A stretch of DNA of 61,993 nt, the filler included, from Sphacelaria rigidula (taxonomy: Eukaryota), in NCBI GenBank assembly GCA_964200075.2. It is 8 parts of 8 records of this genome, joined end to end, with 100 filler letters (N's around TTAATTAATTAA, not from the genome) between each part and the next. Parts side by side here need not be neighbours in the genome. Positions count along the whole stretch, not along the records: positions 46,573 to 54,233 come from CAXNAA020013885.1; positions 54,334 to 61,993 come from CAXNAA020013886.1; 6 more parts are not named here. One strand, 5' to 3'. The position numbers and the translations under genes were made by a program. Numbering within the stretch: the first letter of the stretch is position 1; every line of letters begins with the position of its first letter. Below the pieces are notes generated by a model. It did not search any database and was not told the origin of the DNA. It saw nothing but the letters and a program-made list of their open reading frames with translations. This document shows, in pieces, positions 49,001 through 61,987 of this stretch.

Positions 49001-50099
49001 TCGACCCCTGTTCTCTATCCCTGCTCCCTGCAGCGCTTGACGCCGGGCACGCAGACTGGGTAGCGCAAATGTTGTGATTTTGACTCCTCTGAAGCCTCGC
49101 TCACGTGTTTCGTGTTTTCGACCCAGTGGATCTGAGAGTTCTCTTTGATCATCAGTGATTTTACGTAGCTCATGAGCTGTCTGGCGCGTTACACATGATG
49201 AATTACACCAAAATCGAGTGTCTTCGAGTACGACAGCATATCTTCGCTCATCATGTATTATGTGAGTGATACAGACAAAATGGGGGTATACTGCCACCGT
49301 TTTCTAGTAAAAGTGGGCATGGACAATAAACGCGAAAGTTGGCGTACATGCTCTGCATGGGGCTGTGGGCGTGTTGTCGTCGAGTCGGGGGGAGTCAGGT
49401 GTGAGTGGTTTGGGCCTAGCATGGGCACCTTCAACTTTCGCGTTTGTTCACCTGTGCTCCCATTTTTGACTGGTAAGGGGGTGGGGGTATACCCGATTTT
49501 ATCCATTGTATACTCATCGCGAGAACCCCAATTCACTGATGGTGACGGGGCGCTGGCAAGCATGTACATACATGCAAGTACTTTGTATATATGTATGTGT
49601 GTATGAGCTCCGGTGTCAGCTGCCGTCAGTGCGTTGGGGTACGGAACGATGAGCTATTAATATTTTGCTCACGAAGAACTGTATACGAGAACATGCAGAA
49701 GAGAGTAGAAGAAGGTACGTTTTTTCATCCACTCTCCCATCACTACACGTGCTCTTGTTGGGTACAGTAGTCAGCGTCAGAAGTATGCGGAATTCGTAAT
49801 TTCCTAGTTTCTCAAAGATTTTCGAAATTTGTTTCGCTTCCCACCGCTCATCACAGTGACTGTTGGATGCCAAAAGATGGGCATCCGGAGAGATAGTTTA
49901 ATCCTTCTGACAAATATTGAAAGAAAGATTATCTGCGATCAATAGTGAGTGGCTTACGGGCTTGACTGATCTTCAAGGGTCCTGCGGAAGTGCAACCCCA
50001 GGTCCTAGCTTTTCGGTATTTTCGGTGGACCGACTCGATCCCGATCATACAAGTGAAGATTCATTTTTTTTTTTTTTTTATTCCACCTATTCACTGCGC

Positions 50100-50660
50100 T
50101 AAAGCCGGAAAACTATGTTCTTGGACCATTCACAGTCAATCACACCCTCCTGATGAACGGGGTCTTTACTCCGTATCGCCCCCACAACACCAACTTGAGC
50201 ATTGTGATTTGCGCACGGTCTGCTTATGTTGCCAAAACGTTCGACGCTAGCACTTTCGAGTGCTCGTAGGAAATGTTATGCGAAAAAAACACGAAAAGAG
50301 GCCATCCGCAGAAAATGCTAGACTGAGGTCTGTGCAGTATAGGAGGCAAACACGATCTTGATCGTTATCGTGAATAATGGTTTACATACTTATCTGAATA
50401 CTTACCGTTTCGTTGCGGAAGAGCCGGAAAACTGTTTTTATTGTATCAAAAACGGTCAATAACACTGATAAACGGGGCATCTAATTCGTATCGCCCCCAC
50501 AACACCTACTTGGGCACTGTCGTTTGAGCGCGGCCTACGCTTTCCCCCTAAATCTACCGGCGCTAGCACTTTCAAGTAGTAATGAGGAATAGTATTCGAG
50601 AAAAAGTCAAAAACTACAACAACTACGAATTTCGAAGATCTCCGATGCTGACTACTATAA
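50100..50660 (+). repeat. Dispersed repeat, two adjacent copies (50100-50260, 50420-50660); third copy at 54650-54830
   Basis: Shared CGTATCGCCCC.A.AACACC.ACTT; the second and third copies also share TTTGAGCGCGGCCTACG.TTTCCCCTAAATCTACCGGCGCT.GCACTTT. Confidence 0.8.
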
Positions 50661-50811
50661 GGCAAACCTAAACGGATTGAGCGATCTATTCCACATCCTG
50701 GATAATGACAATATACGACCAATAGATGCAACAGACACACAATGTACTGGGTAAATGAAGTATATGCCCATTGCAACTGTTGTCTGTGGACTTGTACCCT
50801 ATCCAATAATG

Positions 50812-51364
50812 CAAGGTTGTGTTCTGTAAGGTACGGGTACGCTCTGTAGGGTATGGGATTCCTCACAGAACTTACAGAACTGTCGGGTACCGGTATGAAA
50901 GTCTTACATCAATTACACAACTGTCGGGTACCGGTATGAAAGTCGTACAGAAAATACAGAACTTGTCGGGTACGGTATGGGAGGCTTACAGAAAACCGGT
51001 ACCGGCAATCGGGTAACTCTTGTAGAGCATACCCGCCCCTGAGGTTAGGGTGAAATTTTTGTACAGAACTCACAGCAACGGTCAAGGGTATGGGAGGCTT
51101 ACAGAACTCACAGCAATTGTCGGGTAGGGTACCCGCACCCGGGTATCTTATCAAAAGCATACCCGTGCCCCACGGTAACCGTATGGGAGGCTTACAGAAC
51201 TCACAGAACTATCGGGTACGGGTATGAAGGTCTTACGGAGGTGAAAGAACTGTCGGGTATCGGTATGGAAATCTTACAGAGTTTACAGAACTGTCGGGTA
51301 CGGTAAATACCCGGCAAAATACCCCGGGTTTACAGAAAACCGTACCCTACGAAACACGACCTTG
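50812..51364. mobile_element. MITE/non-autonomous DNA transposon with ~25-bp TIRs and internal repeats
   Basis: TIRs CAAGGTTGTGTTCTGTAAGGTACGG / CCGTACCCTACGAAACACGACCTTG; repeated motif (T/C)ACAGAACT.TCGGGTAC.GGTATG; related fragment at 52035-52210. Confidence 0.82.
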
Positions 51365-52899
51365 GTATTATCATCACCCCTGCGGTGGGACCTAGGTCAC
51401 TGCAACAGTGGCAAAATACAGATGACAGTTTACGAAAATTCTGAACGGCCTTCACGGGGTTGATAGAGGAAGACTACACGAACAATCGCAGTAGTACATG
51501 GATCGTCAACATCTATCGGTTTCACGTACGCACACTCTCTCTCAGAGAGTACATGAAGGAGCATTCACGGCTGCCCGTTCTCTGAAAGCCCTTGCGCACG
51601 CGACAAAATCGCCGACGGCCTTGACGACTTTGGCAGCTCATATACTCTGTGCTGGACATGTCGATAACGGCCTGGAGTTTGATTACCACGACACAACCAC
51701 CATCAACGTCGATGACGTGCGTCTTCCTGCTTGATCCTTTGGTGGCGCGGATGAACCGCCCCCACGCGAGCCACTACTCGCGAGTCTGGGGATGATCCAT
51801 CCTGACGGTCTGCAGGGCTGATCATCTTTCGTGTTTCCACTCAGCGATACCTCGCATCCCGTCAGATCCCGAACTAAAGAAGTTTTCAACATTGAATGAT
51901 CGTTGGTGTGCAGTTTTGAATGAGTTATTGGGTGGGTCGATCGCGATGGGAGGTACATGTTCAGGTCATGAGGTTGTGTTTGGATTTGACCTATATCCGT
52001 ACCTCCTCAAGGTATATACTTGCTCTCATACCTACAATCGGGTATATATATGACGATATACCCGAACCCCGGGTAGGGGTGTGGGAGGCTTGCAGAACTC
52101 ACAGAACTGTCGGGTACCGGCAATGGATGGAAGTCGTACGGAAATTACATAAGTTGTCGGGTACGGTATGGGAAGCTTACAGAAAACCAGTACCGGCAAT
52201 CGGGTATTTCTTCGATTCGGAGTACAGCAAGGTTCGGATATGAATCTTTGATTGGGCCGTGGAGGGACGGCAGTTGTTGAAAGATCCAATTCGTTGGTCC
52301 AAATTGTTGATAGCGGTCGACACGAGACACAAGTTGCATGGTTGAATTGTCTTATCGGCTGCTCGTTGAATGCTCACGTGCACAACAGAGAGTATTGCTG
52401 GAATGTTCCTTGGGCAGAGTAGTAGATACGATACATGAGCCGATGGACTCTTGGATGTATGGGCAAGCAATGTCCCGACTACCTTCCGTTGGCTTTTTAT
52501 TGTACCATGACTACGTGTGGATATAATTCCGGGCGCAGGGTAGTTTGTACCGAGTACCCCCAACCCTTTCGTGACCACTCTCTTGGGATACCGGACACCG
52601 TCAGGTTTGGCCACCGTTGCTCTGAGTTCCAAGTGAATCCTTACCAGTAAGCCTTATAGCTGCGGGGAACTATTGGTTTTGGTTTGTACTGTAAAATACA
52701 AGGGGATAATTCATTTCCGTGAGCACCTGGACTGAACTACTTATTGTGGTTTGGATTTGGGCGGATTTGTTGCTGCAAAGCTATGCCTGCAAGCAACCGG
52801 GCACATACGGCTCGAGCCTCTGTTCGTGAGAACATCAGGACAAAGGTCTAGTGTGGCTGCCTTCTCGGAGGCGACTGAGCCTAATTACATCATAAATTC

Positions 52900-54133
52900 C
52901 GGTAGAGGTCAAATGGAAGTGCGGAGAAGAGGAATTACTAATCTTAGACCAGTATACATACCTTGGCGTGGAGATGTCAAGAAGTTGTTCTTGGGATGCA
53001 CACATGAATGAAGTAATGGATAAGGGTAAGGCACAAATAGGCAGGATGGACGTGACCCTCAGAGACCCGCACCTGGACGCCAGGATTGAGAGATGTATCC
53101 TAATGAACGCGATTGTACCGAAGCTGGAATATGCAGGAGAAGTATAAGAGGGGAACGTGAAGTTGGTGAAGAGGTTGGATGCAGTACAGATAACAGAAGC
53201 TAAGAAAATACTTGGATGCTCGAAAACGACGAGTAATACAGCATTGAGAGCAGACTTAGAATGTATTCACTTAGAACTAACAGAAACGTGAGAAAATTGC
53301 GATGGCGATATAGCCCAAGGAACATGCAGAGAAAGAAATTGACAGCTAAGGTTGATGAGGCTGTATGGAAGAAAAGTACGAAAGGGCGGGCTGGAATAAG
53401 GTGGGACTCGGTAGAAAAGTGGGAAAAAGTATGGCAAGAGAGAGGAGGAAACCAAGACGAAATACTGTCCATAGGTGAAGGCGTGGGGTACAAGACAAAA
53501 GTAAGAGACATGCCAAAATGAGGGAATCAGGATCGCTCAGACGCAAAGTAGATGAAGAACATCTCAAGATATACGGGGGGTCGAGGGAGGGGATAGGGAT
53601 GAAAACATATTTGCATGGCCCAATGGACGCGGCGAAAGAGTTGAAACTGCGATCTCGGGTGGGGGACCTGGACCTGCCAGGAAGTAGAAATATATTCACC
53701 AGTAGTCGAGAGAAGGAGGAAATAGATGCACACAGAATTGCTCTTTTGAGAAGAGTGGTGAAGCTAAAAAGAGCACAAGTCATGTAATGGCAGAATGCGA
53801 ACTATACAAGGAGGAACGGGACGTGCTACAGGAAGAAATGCGGGACGTGAACGAAGGTGGCATGAAACCGTGTGATGCACCAGACAGTAGCGAAGAAACG
53901 ATGATTGTACCTCGTACTATGAGATAGATGGTGGTCACAGACAGCGAAACTGGACGGGGATAAGACATGATAAGCAGGTTTTTGTATAATGCATGGAAGA
54001 AGAAACGTAGTGAGCGCCTAAACGTTGGAGGCGTCTCTAATGGGAGTAGGAACGGTGCTCCGTCTCGATAGGGATGCGTGGACAACGGTCAAATGACCAA
54101 GGCAAGCAACAAATGAGTCGCGCCCCCCCCCCC
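52900..54133 (+). mobile_element. 5'-truncated degenerate LINE (end of RT, thumb and C-terminal region) ending in poly(C)
   Basis: VKWKCGEEELLILDQYTYLGVEM..WDAH..IVPKLEYAGEV..AKKILGCSKTTSNTALRADL..RKLRW..KTYLHGP..HVMAECELYKEER; stops and frameshifts; terminus AAGGCAAGCAACAAATGAGTCGCG followed by a C-run. Confidence 0.88.
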
Positions 54134-54233
54134 TGCCTGGTCCGGCGAGAACCCGGCGTGCTCCGTCCCGGCTTTGTAGGGGCGGACCCCCGATGGGGTT
54201 GGCGTCGCTTGGCGATGACGCTGTAAAACACGC

Positions 54234-54333
54234 NNNNNNNNNNNNNNNNNNNNNNNNNNNNNNNNNNNNNNNNNNNNTTAATTAATTAANNNNNNNNNNN
54301 NNNNNNNNNNNNNNNNNNNNNNNNNNNNNNNNN
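54234..54333. other. Assembly linker
   Basis: N run with TTAATTAATTAA. Confidence 0.99.
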
Positions 54334-57300
54334 ACCTACACGATCAATTTGACACATCACTTGATCGCAACGACGTAGTCAGTCCATTGCAACAAAAGAT
54401 CCCCTCCTTCAGGAAAAACCGATTAGTGTCTGAAACAGTTTCAGGCCGAAATGCCCACCCCAGGCGCAAAAATGCTTGGTGCGGTATCTCACCAACCAGA
54501 CCGCCGAATTCCTCGATTGGGGTACTGTACGGTAGCTGCATGCACAGAACGTGTGCTCAAGCAAAAAAAACGTTGCCTGTTAGGAACGAACGCTAGAGCA
54601 CCCACTCTGAATCCGATATTACGCTCTGAATCTCACGAATACGTTGTTGTATCTAGTCCGTATCGCCCCAAAAACACCAACTTAGGCACTGCAGTTTGAG
54701 CGCGGCCTACGTTTTCCCCTAAATCTACCGGCGCTGGCACTTTTAAGTATTAATGAAGAATGAAACTCGAGAAAAACTCAAGAACTATAACAACCACGAG
54801 TTCTGAAAACTTATGATGCTAACTACTATAAAGAACGTTTTCGTGAGATTGAGGGTAGAGCGCTGATTGAGAGTGGCTGTGATCATTCGTTTCAACTTCG
54901 TCAATTTTTCATTCCGTGTGTGCTTGTCTTCGCCTCTACCCCTGCCGTGTGCTCACAGCTACACGTCGATATCCTACTCAGGGATATCAAGGGCTTCAGT
55001 GGCAAGGTACTGCAGAAAGCATATTGGGTCCCGTGGAGGGACAATTCGGAGCCGAAACGATCCATTCACTAATTGAACGTTTTTCACTCTCAACCGTATC
55101 CTCTACTCTCAATCTCACGAAAACGTTGATTGTTTATACCAGGTTGACCTGCACTTCACAGTGATATGCTCACATCGGGTTCATTCGGGAAACTGGGAAA
55201 GCTGTGGTGTGAGCAACTTCAAGCCGCTCTTAAGCTGGCCCAGCTCGTACGAACCTCGCGGAGCCCACCGGACTTTTCGGTTTTTGTCACTGTTTCCTGA
55301 TCAATGTCTCCAACGATATATTCAACAAAAAAAAGTAAAATAAATAATGACAATTCTCAACAAATTGCCCTCCGGGAGGGGTTGGGGAGGGGGGGCTAGG
55401 CGTCTATAAATCTACTCTCGACAGACCCCCGAACCAAACATATTAGTGATACGCCGTACCGCTAGGTTTGACTAACGCTCGAGGGAACATTTGTGAGATA
55501 TAGATACATACATATATATATATATATATAAATGGGCTCGGCGAAACTCCTTCTGTTTGAGATGCTTTCCTCGCATGTACTGCAATAGCTACGCCACCCA
55601 CCTGTGACACCTTGATTTCGAAGTGGATTAAGGACTTTCGGGATATTGAGTGTGGTGTTTTCTCAACTGGGTGCATAAAACAAACGAGAATTTTCCTCGG
55701 AGAGAACGGCGCAAGATCGTGAGACATTTGGGAGATCTGAAAATTGTCCTTTGCTTGATGCACGAGCCTTGTAGATTTCCTTTTGCTCGTGAGGGATGCT
55801 TAGAAGTTTTTGATGTCTTGGACGCACTGCCTTAACTACACGAGGTTTAATGTTGGCATCAAAAGTTGCCTTGATTTTGATGTGGGTTCAACAAACGAGA
55901 GCTCAATACACTTCTTGATGTTATCAGCGCAACACTCGTTATCGCTAGAGTGCCGATGACATATTAGTATACACCCGGGAACGCTTTTAGCCACATAAAG
56001 CGCACATGTGTGGGAGGCGGTGGTGGTGTACCACACCTTTGAACCACTGTGTTTCGTGCGATCAAACACGCCCCCCACCCCCCACCCCCCGCATATCGCA
56101 GGAACACTCAGACTACGTGAGCAGAGGTCATGACGTGCATTGGAGCGAATGCCGAGAATGTACTGTGAACACCCATTTCATGTATTCATATGTGAATAAC
56201 GTCTCGTAGCAGGTCACAACAATTAGTACCAGCCCTGCCTACCCTCCAGCGCAGCAAAGCAACCAATACCACACGAGTGTGCGGTGGGAGTCAAGGTCAA
56301 ACTGATCCAGAAACTGGTGCACCTCTTGTTTTTTTTAACAAGGATACACCAATTCGCCAGTCCACTGAGTTCCGCGTTCACAATGGACCATTACGCACGC
56401 CAGGAATAGATCATTGGTCGATCAAGAATGCTGAGATCAAGTACACCCACTGCAATCAATCTGAGGCAAACAGTTCTCGGCGAACTCGCGACACACCCCA
56501 ACGAAAAATCTGCCAGCCAAAATAACATTTACAGAGCATAGTCATAACGGCATCATGACATCAAAAGACCACGAAGCGGGTCAAGACAAGTTTCGTCGCC
56601 GTTCCCACAAAATACCGATGGGCCGACGCTGAACAACGTGGTTTGCCTTTGTCGTTTCGCAGACGTAGGCAACGACAACGATGCTGCGTAAATCTCACAT
56701 ACCCCCTATACTCCAATCTCGCACTAGACATGAAAATGTGTGCCTATCCTGTCACGTGCGGCACTGTCACGCAGAACACGAGTAGTCACGCCGTGGATAA
56801 AATCGCTGAGAGTGTATACCAATAACGACATGCTGCTTGCAGTGGAACGCACCGTGAAACCCTTCACTTTTCCGGTGTAATACATGTATATGAATGAACC
56901 ATCAAGCACTTCCGTTAAACAAACCGACCACACAACAATGCTTGGGAGTGTGAGAAACTTTTGCTGTGTTCCGGTGGAATACAGGTGAACGGACCTATCG
57001 CACAGCCTGTTTTTGCGTGTGTCTGCCGGAATACATCCTCCGTCCACCGAGACCAGCTCATCAATCATCTGACATACGTCCCCGTGAGGACACATCAAAC
57101 CCACCCCCACAAGACAGCAAACTTGGGCAATAATTCCTGCCCGCTTTGTACCAAACACTTTGCGAAACAACGAAGAGTGAACACCAGCTTGTATGACCCG
57201 CCTTTGGCCTCTTCACAGACGTGTCTGGGCGTGTTGCGTGTTGACCAATTTTGAAATTTAGAGACCCGACATTACACAAACACCACGGAACACCATGATA

Positions 57301-57963
57301 CTCAAAGTGTGTCCCAGCGCTCAACCCCATGTGTACGTGTGAAACAATCCAATTTTGACGAATGCAACACGAGTATAGAAGTATCGGTAATCGGCAACTG
57401 CAGATGCCGTGAACGAGCATAACAATCACCACGTACATGACGCTACTCATCACACAGGACGAGCGAAATCCATCCACCTGCACACGACCACTATAAAACA
57501 CCGGATATCCTTCGCCAGCCCCTCGATCATTCGGAGATGACACAAAAGTAGACAATGCACCTCAACACGGTCTATAAACTGCGCTGTCAAAAAAGTCAAA
57601 TCATAGCTCTGACGCTAGCTCCCACCCTCCCCGTTCTTCAGTTAGTATGAGGAGTAATCGAAGGACTCAGCCGATGCATGCGCCTAGTCAAAGCATAACC
57701 TCACGCGCAAGACCGAGTGACTGCAGATGGAATCTCGACCACACCTACATCAGACACTGTGGAAACCCAATAACCACCATGCCTTTTCATATTGTATATA
57801 CTGAATCCGTATGCGAGAAGTATTAACTCCGTACAGACAGCCTATACACCAACGCATTCATGACCCACCACACTGATTGTGCGGTATACAACAGTCTAGT
57901 AAACGCAGAACAGGAAAAAAAAACGAACATCCCTACCGCTGTGTCCATCCTCCAGAGCCATGC

Positions 57964-58201
57964 TACGATAGGGGGGAGGGGGGGTCGATTCCACGAAAAC
58001 GTGTGCTCATAGATGCGTCAAACGACCTAAAGCACTCGTGGTGCGCTTGTATTTGGGTAAAAGGGGCGTAAAACAGACAGTGTGAACGAGCGTTATTTAT
58101 GGGGAGCAAAGGCGTTCGAACAACTGTTGGCTGTTTTTAACAGCGATTGAAGTGGAATTTTGTGAAAGAAAACAGCCCAAAACATCCCCCCCCCCCTATC
58201 G
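57964..58201. mobile_element. Small MITE-like element with CGATAG(G)n TIRs
   Basis: CGATAGGGGGG ... CCCCCCCTATCG; a similar right end occurs at 23290-23330. Confidence 0.45.
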
Positions 58202-58865
58202 CTGTGTCCATCCTATAGTGTGCATGGTTGTCACGTGGTTGAGTGTGTTATATCACCACTGTAAGCCGTTGCGCTTCACGGTATTTTTCCTGGCGCGATC
58301 GCCCAGCAAGCTTGTCTGTGCGCTTGCTTCACAGTCCAGGTGTATCCATGCAACTCCAGAAGTCTTACCGATAATGCAAAACATGCAACGTTTCCACTCC
58401 CTGCCCACACACACACCAACAACAGTCGAGTCACAAATACGGTTTGAAAGGGCGCGTTCCATCCAGAAAATCCCGCAAATCTGCAGGCTCAAACCGTCAC
58501 GAACCTGGCGGAGCTCACGGATGAACTACTATAGCTGGTTGAACTGAACAATAATCTGAACCAAGACAAAACAAAAGTCTTCGTGAGTCCCGCCAGTTAG
58601 CACCAGCATTCTGCCGACATCGGGACGGAACTCTAATGCCCATGTTTCCTATATGACATCGTGGGTACCCCTGGCGTGAGAGCTCCAATATCTTCAAGAT
58701 ACAAGAGAAGTTCACTCAAACATCAAAATAAATGATAGTCACCACGTTGTTTTCGCCCGCTGTGTGTCACCCACTTCATGCAGCACTGTTCTTACGAACC
58801 CTAAAAACCCTCTCGGGGCGGTTCTAGTAGCATAGACATCAGCACTACCGCTCGTTGCATGCCTG

Positions 58866-60935
58866 TTAAGCAGGAGACTTCGCAGTCCCCGCCACCCCGT
58901 CATCCTCAGCGGTCTCAGCTGGGGCCCAGTACCCTGATTTCCCGTGCCACACGTGACTGAGGATTTTTGGCATGGGAGAAGACGGCCCCGCACTGTCTGC
59001 TGACGCTGATCCCAGCACCAGTTTTCCCTCTTCTGTGGAGCTGCTGCTACGCTTTAGATCTCCACTATCGTCGCTGATGTTGCTCTTCTCCGAGCTTGCC
59101 GTGAGGAATTTCTTCAGTTCATCCTCCCCCACCACGTCGAAGCCCGACACTTCGCCCTGAGAAACGTCACACATAATGGGGTGAAAAAACGACGAATTCT
59201 TGAGAAGAAGGTGAACAGCCTGCAGCAGCACGACAGTCGTATGATTGACGAGTGATGCAAGAGCCCGGTGAGATGAAACCACAGCCAGCGAGTGCACGAC
59301 AGCGATGTCCCCGCATCGCGGCACTGTCGGGTACGGAAGGGCTCCTCCGGCCTCCAACGAGTCCACGGTCAACAGGTGACACGGCAATGTGACAACCACG
59401 AATCCGACCCTCTCAAGCGTTAGCGAGGCATGGAGATGTTGCGCATCAACATTTTACTGTAGAAGCCAGTGGCTTTTGTTCATACTTCATCCTTCTCGTG
59501 CCAGGTTTTTGTCGTGTTGATCCGCTGGCCCATATGAAATGAACCGGTCGGATATCACAGACACTGGCGCACCCCAAATGATCAGCGAGCCGGAACGAAA
59601 CGTTGTCGACGACGAGAGCCCGGGAAACTGCAGGGAGAGTCCTTACCTCCGGTGCCTGTGGTGGCCTTGACACGCCCAAACACAGTTTCAACGTTTTGGA
59701 GAAGGTGCAACAGGCATGAGTAAGCAGTGGAAAATGGCATCCACAAACTAGAACGTACGAGTCTGTTCTCGTACCTGGATGTCATCTTCGCTGGACATGG
59801 CCCCCGCCGAGACCCACGAGCTCCACCAAACGGACAGGAACAGCAGGACGTTGACAACTACAAGGGCCACGGCGAAGGTTGTGCTGGTGATGGAATCAGC
59901 ATCCAAGATACCCGCCTTTATCGTCAACGCCAAAAAGTTGGAGAAGAATATCACCAGGCATCCTGTTCTGTAAAGGTGAGTGTCTAAATCGTCCACGTGG
60001 GGCCGCAGGAGTTCGAAGGCCAGGAGGCTGTACGTGGTCAAGAGCAGGCATGTGCGACGAGAAGACGGGAAGGGGGAACGGAGGGGGGGAACTAAGCGTC
60101 CGGGTCCAGTTTTGGCGCGCGTGGGTATTTGGGACTACAAAATGTATGCGCTTCCCGTTTCGCATGAGTCGACCAAATAGTAAGAGTAGTTTGGAACAAT
60201 AAAAGGAGACCTGGGGCGAAGCTGACTCACTGCACAGGTAAGCTTAGGCGAACCTCATTGATCTCGAAAGCAAAGCAATCGAGTCTGTGTGATGAACATG
60301 GTCCCCGTCGTTGCTCGCTATGCACACTTCAAGCCATCCTGTACGTGGCACTTCGTACGTACGACATTGCAGCCCATAAACTTTGGCCGCCAAGCTACGG
60401 GGTACGTCACCTGAAAAAGGCAAACATGCAGCTGATAGCCACCCGACCCGCCGTATCGGGGAGGATAAACACCAATATCCCGGTCAGTAACAGCCGTCTC
60501 ACGCACTCACAGATCTAGACGATTGTATAGGCAAGAAGCAAAGGGAGACAGGGCGGGGACAGGCATCACTTGCCAAAAAAGGGAGGGCATCACCCAGAAT
60601 AATGGTCGACGTGTACCCTCTACCAGCGGTAGTTTCATGTACTTTGTCAGATCAAATCCACAAGTCACCACTTGCAGTGCTGTCGCAGTGAGCAGAATGG
60701 ACAATCCGTCAGCGGCAACAGTCGGTCCCCATCGCCGGTCGCCATCTTACGTGCGAGCACACCATACCCAACGAACCCCGGAAGCTACTGCTATACACAC
60801 CACTTGCGATACGTCCAACGTACGATGTGTGAAGCGGCTGACCTCATAGTAGTACCGGTTGGGAACGTAGGTCCCCCATAAAAACGAAGTCGGAGCCACC
60901 GACTGATCGTCCACGCGCTTCTCGAGCTTTTCACG
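58866..60935 (-). CDS. 3' exons (60843-60935, 60411-60514, 59775-60027, 58866-59156) of a multi-pass membrane protein of the brown algal 'adhesin-like/polymorphic outer membrane protein-like' type
   Basis: In-phase GT-AG splicing gives APTSFLWGTYVPNRYYYE|ICECVRRLLLTGILVFILPDTAGRVAISCMFAFF-S-LLAFELLRPHVDDLDTHLYRTGCLVIFFSNFLAL..VNVLLFLSVWW..EDDIQ|GEVSGF..AKSPA*. FLW..Y....YYE..EC.RR.LLTG is the typical motif of this TM module. Confidence 0.85.
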
Positions 60936-61921
60936 CTGTAAGAGGGCAAGTGACACAGGGTTGAGATATTTCGAGAGTAAGGATAAACCAAAAATATTCT
61001 AGTCGTTTTTCGGGAGAATGAGGCCACGTTTCCGGCGCTTGGCGATCGGCGGTGTGAGAACAGGATGCGCCACCTACTGGTGCAGAATGCTGTGCAGCCA
61101 ACGACATTAAATTGCTTCTCCCCCCTACACCCCCCCACCCTCCCCCCGCTGAATCAAACCGGCGCATTAAGGTATTCAAATCACGGCAGTGGGCAACGAA
61201 GATGCGCCACGACCAATTACAGAGCATAAAATACTGCCTTCATGAAGTATGAATGATTTTGCTCAGTAGCATGTTGAGAAGAGTGATATTTTCAAAGGGC
61301 GTGAGTAAAGTAAAGATATACCTCCCTGCTTCTCGCCCCGAAGAGGTTTTATTTTTGGATCGAATGCGCGAAATTGAAAAACCGCGCCACAAACACCGTT
61401 TTCGCTCGGACTTCTTGGGGCACGTCAATCGGGGGTATGTGCAGTACCCGCACCTCGAAAACGAAACGGCAAACAAAACGTGTGTTCTCGCCTCACACGG
61501 CTATGCTCAAAAGAACGTCCGTCGACCGGAACCCACCTTACCCTAGTTAGGCCAGATTTCGACACGTACATCTTACGTAGTCATTCTTATTTTCCAATCC
61601 CTTTTCTGGGTTGCCCCGCACACCGTTTCTACGCGGGGGCGGACTACGTACAGTACCCGACGTAGTCGGCGCGTGCGCCACCCGAACCTGCAGCAACAGG
61701 AGTCATGGCATCGCGGAATCGATTTTTACCGACTTATTCGCCGTTCATCAAACACAACAACGATAGCAGCGTGTCTTTTCGAGGAACAAATCGGAGTCTA
61801 TCCGCTCACGACGCCAACCGACTTGTCGGTGTTCTCGGGGAAAAGAATATTTCGCGACAGCTGTGTTCTCGTTCTGTGGCTCTTCCCCCGACAAACGGAT
61901 AGGTCGTGAAACATTTACACA

Positions 61922-61987
<66 letters not shown>

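Noticed and set aside
50860-51340. CRISPR-like array of recurring ~25-30-bp motifs
   Set aside because: Repeats are degenerate, lack unique equal-length spacers, lie within TIRs, and there are no cas genes; eukaryotic context.
61576-61687. Additional upstream exon of the membrane-protein gene
   Set aside because: Has CAG/GTAAG boundaries and a compatible phase, but no family motif to support it.
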